64,000 nucleotides of DNA from Azolla caroliniana (Eukaryota; Plantae; Polypodiophyta). Position numbers and translations under genes: made by a program. Positions 15,118-25,434 of the stretch are shown here, one piece after another. The stretch's first letter is position 1. Every line of letters starts with the position of its first letter. The notes under the pieces were generated by a model. It was not told the origin of the DNA, ran no database searches, and saw only the letters and a list, made by a program, of their open reading frames with translations. The DNA is taken from assembly GCA_043228905.1 (NCBI GenBank), contig JBHGNT010000003.1, positions 8,866,001-8,930,000 on the forward strand, given 5' to 3'.

Positions 15118-15300
15118 GACACGTTCGTGTTCACAAGTGGAAGGATCACGCATTCCACTTTTAGATTCCTTTTGTAGTAGTACAAATTTAGGCTATTGTG
15201 AAATAATGGGTGCACCAGTATCACATGATCAACCACCTATATAGAATTTGCTAAATTATTAATATATAACAAGTCTCTAAATAGAGAACATGTAGTTTTC
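15118..15300 (+). mobile_element. Diverged, orphan left terminus of the same TIR transposon family as 16153-25985
   Basis: GACACGTTCGTGTTCACAAGTGGAAGGATCACGCATTCCACTT matches the 16153 TIR, and patchy similarity continues ~180 bp (tgcac.agtatcacatg, agaatttgc). I saw no matching right TIR. Confidence 0.8.
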
Positions 15301-16530
15301 AGGAGAATATTTAAAGTCGATGATCTCCACTTCCGCAATGTATTTAAATTTAAGAATATCACAATGGTAGTCTCATCTGACACAAGTTAATGATTTGGAA
15401 CAATATTATTAAACTGGAAATTCTACTTTGTAAGCTGGAGTGTGAAAGTTCTTATGTTAGTTTATCTATCCTGTAGAGTTGTATATGCTAGAGGAGGAAG
15501 TGATATCTACATATTAGTGATTACAGTTGATTCAAAATGATCCTTAATGGATCTTGCAGGATATAATAGCAAAGACATATGTTTGTCAGAACCTATTGAG
15601 CAGACAAGCTCAACCTGATCCGGATTGGCTGAGTAAGCCAGAGTCGGATCGGTATCTGGAACTGAGAACCAGATTCGTGTCCGGAGAGGGGAGTTGCAAT
15701 GGAGAGCTTGATCGGTGTCTGAATCAGAGTGTAATAGGTAGGCCATTAGAGGCCTACGGTCCTAGCCTAGTATGTAGGCATATTTCTTGGAGTTAGCGTT
15801 AGACGCTCGGTACAAGTATTGAAGTAGATGTCAATACTTCTGTTAGTCCTTTCAAGGAATTGTATAAAAGTGTTCACTACGAACATTGTATGTAAAGAGT
15901 GTTTTATTAAGTTTTTGAATTTAGTTTTACTGTTCTACTCTCTCTCTATCTCTCATGCATACTCTCAGTGTTTCGTAAAGCCTCCATTAAAACTTGCAAA
16001 TACTTTCTATTCATAACCGGTGAACAACAAGAGGCCAGAAGTTGTAGCTCCGACAAGAGCTCAATAACATCCGAAAATGGGAAATGTCGGTTACCGACTA
16101 TACCACCAAAATAAAGGAGATCTACGACATATTGGGGTCCATCAACGTGACGAACACGTTCGCGTTCACAAGTGGAAGGATTGCGCATTCCACTTGTAGA
16201 ATCTTCTTAAAACGAAGCAAATACACCCTCTCTACAAAAATTGGATGCACTAGTATCACATGTTCCTCAACTTGATGAGAATTTGCAAATATAAAAATAC
16301 ATGATAGGTCTACGAGTGGAGATCATTAGAAATCATGCAAGTTTGGACGTGTTGATAAGTTAATGTAGGCATAATAAAGTTCAACAATGGCTCAATATGT
16401 CACTACTGCGACAAGGGAAACACTAACTTAAAGACTTATATTAATTAGGTAAGTTTTACAAAAATATGAGGTGTACTTGTATCCATACTAATAAAATGAG
16501 TTATAATTTATACTTTGACCCATACGTGCA

Positions 16531-16800
16531 TGTATATAATTGTGGACAATGTAGGATAGTGCACATTAGGATAATGTGATTGGAATAACTAACTTATTAA
16601 AGTATTCAATACTTGTATTTAAAGTTGATCTAATCTATTCCTCAGTTTGTTCATATGGGATCAAACCATATGTATATAATTGTGGACAATGTAAGGCAGT
16701 GAACTTTAGGATAATGTCATGGAAATAACAAACCTATTAAGGCTTTCATACCTGTATTTAAAATTGATCTACTCTATTGCTTAGGTGATTCACACAGGAT
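16531..16800. repeat. Two-copy ~140-bp tandem duplication in the left subterminal region of the transposon
   Basis: tgtatataattgtggacaatgta...ttaggataatgt...tgtatttaaa.ttgatcta occurs at 16531 and 16671. Confidence 0.85.
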
Positions 16801-17195
16801 TAAACTCCGAACGATAACGCAAGTGGAACCATTATCAACACACTACACAATCTAAGCAGCAATGGAATAGAAACATAATAGTTTTAACAATAGAAGACAA
16901 AGATCCATAATAATATGGACAGTCATGGCAACAATTGTAGGGCCATGTTATGTTAAGGTTAGCTTGGACCAAAATCAGCCTCAATTTAAACTAATTCATG
17001 TTTCTCCATAAATTTGGTAGTCAGTTATGCACGTGGTGCAACCAATGTCATAAATCTACTAACCAAGTATATAAAAATAAAATTGAAACATATAGAAGAT
17101 TATAAAGAATAGAATCCACTAAGTAAAACCCAAAATTTGTATTAATAATGTGAAATCCAAACAAATCGTCAGTGTCATTTTCTTCATAGAGTCTA

Positions 17196-20100
17196 TTACA
17201 TAGCAATCAATTCATCAATATCATTTTCTTCATCATCTTGTGTAGAACTCTCTTCGGCTATACATGCATTGGCTTCCCCTGTTAGCCGAGCCAACGAAAT
17301 ATCTTCTATAAGCTCATCATCAAGCTCTATTAGCTCCCCCGGTTCGCCGGCTAACGGAGGAATAGGCTCTCACGAGGCAGGTTGAAACCTTTCTGTATTA
17401 GCGAGGTTCTTTGCACCGACCTCCTCATCCTGGTCTGGGCACTCCCACAAAGCCTTAATCCTCATATTTATAAATATAACCTGCTCCTCGTCCTTCTCCA
17501 ATGCAACTGTATTTCTAAAGAGCTTCAATGCACATGCAGACGTCGTCCCTATGAAGTAAGTAACAAGAATAATTAGTTGTCAAACAAAAAAGATTCGGTA
17601 TTGGTTATCTCAAGATCGTTACCCTAGTTCGAGGAATACCTTTGCCAGAAAAGAGATCTAATATCTAGTCTCCTTCGATAGAAAACATCTCAATCAAGCA
17701 CATCATAAGTCGTTGAGGTTTTTGATATGGGTTGACAAGTCCCCGTTCTGTCGTGGTGACATGTCGCAATTTCCATGTCACTGCTGGATATACCAACATA
17801 TTTGAACCCCCCACTTCATTAGAATGCTCCTTGATTCTTTGTTTCTTAATTTCTTCGAAGTAGCCAACTGTGATGTATTCAATGGCATTAACGAACCGAA
17901 AAGTTGGCCCTCTATTTACATTGGTTTTTATCCTATAAAAAATAATACATCGAGTTAAGAATAGATTGAACAACCTTAAGAAATGCAATATAGTGAATGA
18001 CACCTATAAATAATCCTTACCATGCAAGGTTCTCGATGCCATGGCAACGAGATCTCAAAGCTTGAGCTACCGAGTACTCTTGGTCCATACTATGAAAGAC
18101 AACTATTCGCCACAAGGATGCAGTTAGCTCAGCGAAATCCTTGACCATCTTCTCCAATTGTTTAAACCTAAACGGTTCATCGTCATATGATGACCCAACC
18201 ATTCGAAATCCGTAAGGAATATCCGCAATCATTAGCGTATATTCCTTCTTTGGCACTTTTTGGATCAAGTCGACGACATCGTCGCAAACTACATTGTAGT
18301 AAAGATCTCTCGTAATATCTTTTTTGTGGCTAAATTTTTTAAAGGAGCCATCTTCCTCCATTTCGTACGCCTTGACTAAGCGACGATCCTTTGCTTTTCT
18401 GGCTCGCTCGAGATGTGCAAGGAAGGATGTAGGGAAATCGTGTATATCCTTAACTTCTCCTTGTTTCTTGCCACGACATGGTTTCTAATAGAAGAAATGG
18501 AACATCAGGTATTGTTATACAAGCTCTACATATGATGAAAGCGTAATGAAAAACCACCAATACTAACCCAATCCTTGAATGCAATAAAATACTTTGATAA
18601 CGCCTTATATGAAGACGTTAGAGGATAATCCTAGGTCACTTGTTCCCAAGTTATACATCCAAGTTGTTTCATCATAACTTCTTGGATCTTCATGTACACC
18701 TTATGACTGTAAAATTAGAAATCAAGATTAGAACTTTGAATTACACCATATAGACTTTAATATCAATATTTGAAAGACTTACTTATTGAACTCAGTGACC
18801 ATTTCTTCAAGGCTTAAATCTTTCGCCACAACCCTTGACAAAACAGACACAAGAAGTTGCTCGTCCTTAATACCTTGCATCGCTCTCCACAGAGACAACT
18901 TCATGTCGTCAGCCGCTTCTTCAATTGTCAAGTCAATTTTCTTGGCAGCTTGTGACTTTAACTCTAGTTGAGGGTCAACCTTACATTTCTTTTGTCGTTG
19001 ACCCTTTACCTCCTTATTCTCCCACATTGAGAAGATTTGATCTTGTAGGTCCCATACTTCTCCATCTCTAAAGGCCATTTGAAACCAAGACTCATATTTT
19101 CAAAGACCATCGGACTTAACATTATCATCTACCACAATGCCGACTTCATGCAGACATTGACGTCGTAGACCTGGATGTAGCTTCACACCAAACTTTTGTT
19201 TCACGTCCAAATACTCGTGGTGGAAGAACCGTATACGCTCAATTGACGACATTTTCTGCCTATAGTCATTATCATTATTATGGTCCCATGCCAACAGCTT
19301 AGCCTCTTCCATTGTGAGCCCAACATAAATTTTGCACTCGGCATACTTGAAGAAGAAAGTCGTTGGATGTTCTCTCACAAGTTGCCGACGTGCCTCCGCT
19401 GAATGCGATCCACCAATGACAAAGTAATTATATTGATCATGCTTTCTAATATCAAAATCTTCAATGGTTTCACATTCTTCAGGATCTACCATAACAATAA
19501 AAGGCACCACAGTGGCATGAGGATTTATTTTCATTTTTTTCTTGAGATTTTGAACATGCATGCGGTGTGGCTCTCTAATCTCAAGTGGTCTTCGACCTGT
19601 TTTTTCATCAATAGGGGGCCGATGGATGTGTGTTATAGGCAAATTAAACACTTGCCCTTTCTTGACCAGTTTACGCTGCATTAACTCTCTCCTTATCTTA
19701 TTCTGCTCGAATGACAAAACACCCGATGCCATCTCAGCTCTTGGCGTCCCCTTAGTGTCCTCCTCTTCGTTTTCACTTGTTGAATCAGAGTCCGACATTT
19801 TGGTTGTCTTCTTCTTTGGTGGTCTTGATTGTACTTTGGATACCCTTTTTGTGGCCTTCAATGGGGAGGGCACTACATCTCTTAGAGTTACATGGCCTTG
19901 TATATAAGGCCTCAAGGTAACAATAAGGTTTTGTGAGCTTTCAAGATCTTTTTTGAACGCTTCTGGCCCACAAGATTCCTTTAATAGAAGATCTTCTAAA
20001 AGGAACACTTTACGTACCCCCTTGGAGCACTCTATCATTACCAGTATGTTGGCCGAATCTGCATCTTTATAGTCAAATCGTAGAATACGACCATACATAA

Positions 20101-21348
20101 ATGGGGTTTCCTTTCCAAGCTGCCCCTCCCCCTTCTTCTTTGTTGTATACAATACAACTTTTTTCTTTGAGTCGACGTATTGCATACACCATTCCTTGTC
20201 CGTTAGATCATGGTCAGGAAGGTCTTCACCTCCAGTAGCTGCTACAAGTTTCTTTTGGCTAATGTCAATGTGTGGTTGAGATTTTGCCTCCTCGTTGAAG
20301 AGAAGCTTTTTTCCTCTCTTCATGGACTCAGGAGCTACCTTGGTCTGTGCTTCGATTGGAGAACCCTGTATGTGAAGCTTTATTTTCTTCACGGGTCGGT
20401 CCGACAGGTTCTCAAACGACCTATTTAAGAAAGTACATGCAAAAACATAAGTTAGGTGGTCACGTAGATTAAGGTTGTATATTAAAATATAAATAAGTAC
20501 ATGAAGAAAGGTTCTCACTAGCAGGCGATTAGTGGTGAACTATAAATATCAATCATGCATTCAGAGTACATGGTAGTCCTATATTCAAAAATCTATTCTA
20601 GTAAGGGCTATTCAACTTAGAAAATATATATCGTAATAAGTATACAGGGTTATATATTCTCTTGAAGGGGAGGTATCACTTATATTGATTCCATAATTAT
20701 ATTGAGGATAATTTGCTATTGTAAAGGTAATTTGTGGGTTATTTTCTACTATTTAAAGCTATAGTAGGTCATAAAACACCTATAATTAAGGCCCGCTTTT
20801 TTAAAAAAGTAAGGGAAGTCGACATAAAAAATACTGATTTTGACAGACAGTTTGATATCTTTTCCACACAATAATTAATTGTTGCCCCAAAACACACAAT
20901 ATTTCTCTTTCAGGGTCTTCTTTTATACAGGAACTCGATACGGCGTATCGAGTTCCTGTTTAAAAAGCAAACATAATCCAGGAACTCGACACACCTTATT
21001 GAGTTCCTGTTTTAAACACAAATATTGCATAGGAACTCGATATTCGATACGTCGTATCGAGTTCCTGTTCGATACGGCGTATCGAGTTCTTGTTTAAAAC
21101 CTAAACTTTAAACAGGAACTTGATATGCCGTATCGAGTTCCTGATATGCCGTATCGAGTTCCTGTTTAAAAAGCAAAGAAAAAATAGGAACTCGATACAC
21201 CGTATCGAGTTCATGTATAAAGTTTGTATTTTATACAGGAACTCGATACGATGTATCGAATTCTTGAGTGACAAAACATATTTACAAAAATGTCCACAGT
21301 GTCAGAGGCCTACCTGGAGTCCTCACGCTCGATTCTCTTTGAAGACAT
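17196..21348 (-). pseudogene. ParB/Srx-like domain plus beta-class N6A/N4C DNA methyltransferase, ~973 codons, 6 exons: 21348-21314, 20420-18783, 18706-18568, 18484-18021, 17932-17640, 17548-17196
   Basis: GT-AG introns give a phase-consistent 2922-nt frame. ParB-like: FNLPITHIHRPP..HVQNLKKKM..PFIVMVD..YFVIGGSHSAEARRQL..LAWDHN. MTase: VVCDDVVDLIQKV..LMIADIPYG (motif IV), W-IK, EY, NPYQKPQRLMMCLIEMFS.EGD.ILDLFSGKGTTSACALKLFRNTVALEKD (motifs X, I, II). Four in-frame stops at 19100, 18630, 17665 and 17369. Confidence 0.9.
20927..21264. repeat. Array of palindromes ACAGGAACTCGATAC-nnn-GTATCGAGTTCCTGT in intron 1 of the ParB-MTase gene
   Basis: A perfect inverted repeat with 15-bp arms at 20927-20959, and further copies at ~20979, ~21032 (compound), ~21114 (compound), 21186 and 21235. 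Confidence 0.92.
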
Positions 21349-21474
21349 GGTTGATCATGTGGCAGTGGAGGTGGAGATCACGCTTTCGTGCTTCATGCTC
21401 TATGTGCTTTGTGTGCTTTGTGTGCTCTTGTATGCTCTTGTGTGCTCTTGTGAGTGAAATATGACGAGGTCTTT

Positions 21475-22185
21475 CTATTTATAGGGATTGACCACAGTGG
21501 TTAAAGTAACCATAGTCACCTTAACCAAGGTTGGTAAGTTTGAGGATAGTTAGTTCGTAACCATAGTCACATTAACTAGAGTAACTTATGATTGCATTAA
21601 TGATTACAAAGTCAAACTAACATATTGATCAATCTTTTATAGTCATAACAACCTGCAATGACTTCAAAGGTCATGAAGGAGACAATGATAGAGGTTCATG
21701 AATGTACCAATGATTGATTACTAAAAGCAACAATTTTTATGACTCTCAAATGCTGTGTATTAAAGATGTGGGCATGAATTAACCAATGATTGATAAGTCT
21801 AATATTTACAATGGTGAGCATTAAAGAACCAATGAGTGAGAGGTTCTATATCAAATATGGGTGCCATTAATTAGCCAATGATTTTAACATTAATCCAACA
21901 TATTTATTGCTTGGTAATGATTAGATTTATATTATACTTGATTTAACTTCATATAGACCTAGTTTAAATAATTATTGATATTTTAAATACAATTACTATA
22001 TTAAAAATAATATTTTTATGTATTGTATTAATATAATATTAAATAATATAGACATTCTATTGAGGGAGCTTTTGTTTAGAGAGAAGTTTATGTTTAGAGA
22101 GGAATATATGTTTAGAGAGGAGCTTATTAGTTTTTTGCCTTACCCTAAGCACATAACTTACAGAGCCCTATCTAGACCTTAAGCC
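21475..22185. promoter_or_regulatory. Candidate bidirectional promoter between the MTase and transposase genes
   Basis: TATAAATAG on the - strand at ~21475-21483, about 130 bp upstream of the MTase ATG. Repeated CCAATGA boxes at ~21707, 21783, 21829 and 21875, an AT-rich core, and three copies of tgtttagagag near 22073-22119. Confidence 0.55.
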
Positions 22186-22189
22186 ATGA

Positions 22190-22346
22190 GTGAAGATTCA
22201 CCGTTCTCGATTGAAGAATATTGTTTGTCATCAGACTCATCGTTTTCTACTGAAGAGTATTGTTTGTCGACAGACTCACCATATTCTATTGAAGAATATT
22301 GTCTGTCGACAGACTCACCATATTCTATCGAAGAATATTGTCTCAA
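22190..22346 (+). repeat. 39-bp in-frame tandem repeat (SIEEYCLSTDSPY, about four copies) at the transposase N-terminus
   Basis: Visible in both the DNA and the 22186 ORF. Confidence 0.9.
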
Positions 22347-24794
22347 CTCATCTTCACCTACAGGGAATGTAAATAATGACACATGTGAAGAGTTCTCTAT
22401 TGAAGAATACGATATTAATAAAGATATGGAGAATGAAGGTAGTGCCAAGGAAACATTGAATAACATTGGTGATGGTCACAACAAAGAATTAGATTGTAAC
22501 AAGGTTACACCAACCTCTATGCAGGAAGAGAAATCTGGAAGCCCTATGCATATTAGAAGAATCCCATGAAGAATTTGTCTGGCTAGATTTAGCTTGGTGA
22601 CATCAAATAAACATATTGGATTTGATGTCAAAAAAATATGTTGTGCCCGTGGTTGTATGTCTATGATTGGAAAATCAAAGTTGCGAGAATTAAGGCGATA
22701 CTATTTTTCGATGACCGGTGATGAGCAAGACACTTACCTCGGGTTACATATGCAACTAGTATCTGATAAATGTATGGGGATCAAAGTATCATTCGAGTAT
22801 TATATCTTCCATGCGCAACAGATATGTAGAGTTGCATTCCAAATTGCGTTATGTGTTAGTAACATGCGGCTACATAGAGTACAACAACGTCTACTTAGCG
22901 GGGATCAGATGCTCAATTGTAAAGAGGTTCCAAGTATGAAAGGTGCAATTGGAAGAAATGCTATTGGTTGGATGAAAACTTACTTTCAGTTAAATTGTGA
23001 AGTAATGCCCACTATAGGTAGGATGCACCTTTCTGATAAGTATACACGTCGGGAAGTTTATGATGTTTATCGATCTGATATGTTGGGCTCACGTAATAAG
23101 TCTATCACCTATAGCCAATTCACAAGACTATGGAGAGCTCGGTTTTCAAATGTTATCATTCCACGTAAAGTACGCATGGGGTATTGCTCCATTTGTGCAA
23201 ATCTTAAAAGTTTGGCTAAAGGTGCAAAGACATCAATGGAAAAGGATATGAGTAAGAAGTTACTACAAGAGCATCATGAGGCACAATCGTTAGAACGAAA
23301 GAAGGCGATGCATCATAGAGAGAAGTGTTTGAAGGGGCCCGAACAATACATGTGCTTAATGATAGATGGCATGGACCAGAAGAAGACGTGCTTGCCGCAT
23401 ATGCGGAGGCTCCCCAAAGATGTCAATGAGGAGTGCCTTGTTCAAATGCACTTGGTGGGATGCTTGGCTTATAATAGGTCTGTTGGACCTCACGTCTTCA
23501 TTACATACCCCAATGTTCACAATGACCCTAACCTAACAGTTACAGTCATTCACCGAGTTTTGATGTCTTGGGGCCAACCTTTCCCCCCTGTTCTATACAT
23601 TCAATTGGACAATACTGCTAGAGAGAACAAAAATTCAACTGTGTTTGGCTATCTAAGTATGTTGGTCAACCAAGAATTGTTTAGGAAAGTGAAAGTCAAT
23701 TTTCTTATGGTTGGCCACACAAATGACCATATAGATCAGATGTTTAGCACATTCTCCAGACAGTTGTCTTGGCATGATGCTTTCACTTTACCTAAACTAT
23801 TTGATGTCATTTGTGATGCATATACACCACGCCCAAAAGTGTTACACTTGAAGGAGGTATATGACTTTAAGAGATATATATTAGATGGGGGTGGTGGGAA
23901 TGTTAAAGTGCTTGCTCAGTTAAACAATATAAGTTTCAATCACATTTTTATGATAAAGAAAAATGGAATAAGTGGTTCTACACTTTTGTATGCTAAACAA
24001 TATTCATCTTCTACAACATGGGAACCTTAAGGTGGTTGCCAGTTATTACTTTGTATGCCGAGTACAATTGTCCATGGAGCTAAGCAAATGCCAATTCAGA
24101 AGAAAGGACAGTTGAAGAGTGACTTGGTATTAGAACAAAAACGGTCATGGCTCCAAGCCTTAGAAGAAAAAAGAAAGCATATTGAGGCCGCCAAGAAATA
24201 TGTTGCACAACAAGACACGTCATGGTGGGATGTATTTTATAGTGATAAGAAAGGAATTATAGACAATTGTGTATCTGGTGATAATTGGAATTTGGAAACG
24301 CCATTCACATGGTCGCTGCAACATGATCGTGTAAATAGAACTCCGGAGCAACTAGCAAATGGGATTAATGACAGCTTGGTCCATCCACAACAAAGAGACA
24401 TTTATGTGGGACCAAGGATGACCAAAGCAACCGAAGCTAGATGGCAAGGCAATTTGCAAGAGCTCACCACGGGGATGTTGATTGCAACGCCGGCTGATGA
24501 GAACTCACATGGCCACCAATTTTGGGTTGGTAAAATTGTAGAAGTGCTAATGCATGAAATAGAAAACATGATCAAGTCTATAAATGTTCATTGGTACAAC
24601 ACTAGAAGTGAAAATGCTTTTACAGGTAAGTATACATTGGAGATGATTGAATGCCCAACAAGAAGGGGAGGTAGGAAGAGGAAACGAAACATTCGTAACA
24701 CCTCGACCCTTGATATCTCTGATGTGGATATCATCGTGTACGACTTCACACTTACAAAAGTCGGATGATTAAGGAAATCAACAATAGATATAAA

Positions 24795-25434
24795 TGTGAA
24801 AGTGTTTTTAGAATTCAAGGTATTGAAGCCTACAAAAATATAAGGTATGGAGCATTCACACCCGAAGGCCAAGAACACGAGCTAAGGTTTCAAGTATAAG
24901 TCAAACTAAAAGCAAGAAAGATGGAGAAAAGTAAAAGAAGGAAAAAGCAGACCACCAAAAAGCAGTCAGAAACAAACGCTCATAACTCTCTCGTTTGACA
25001 CCCAAATATCACGTGTAAATATGGATTAGAAAGCTTATGCCGAGAGCTATCCGTAGCTTTTTAAAACTCTAAATTTGGAGCATGGATGAGGGAGATATGA
25101 TGATTAGAAGATCGTTGTGTCATAGCTAAGAATAGGAGATGGAAAAGCTCTAAAAAAAGCGTGGAAAAGAAAGCAAGCGAAACTTATCTACTAGAGGAGA
25201 ACTTCATATAAAGCAAGAAGAGTGAGGTGGTGAGGAGAGCTTTTTTCTTGTGGTGTTTTTTCTTGCCTATTCATGTAGTGCGTTTTTCTAGTGATCAATT
25301 CATCCTTGTAGGCTTGAGTTTATGTATCTTCTTTCTCTTGTTTCTATGATCATCACTCCTTATTAATATATCTTTGTAGATTTGGGTTTCTATATCTTCC
25401 TTCTCTCTCTTTTCTATCATCATCTCTCTTTTCA
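24795..25434. mobile_element. Solo LTR (640 bp) inserted in the 3' part of the transposase
   Basis: TGTGA...TTTCA ends, flanked by ATAAA/ATAAT (5-bp TSD with one mismatch). Removing it rejoins the transposase frame. Confidence 0.75.

Noticed and set aside
19100-20518. The 472-aa ORF as a stand-alone gene starting MRTFLHV
   Set aside because: Its first ~33 codons are intronic (acceptor at 20421-20422), and its stop is a premature codon within exon 2 of the larger gene.
20927-21264. Palindrome array as a CRISPR
   Set aside because: The linkers are short A/T tracts that resemble each other, spacing is irregular, and the context is a eukaryotic intron.
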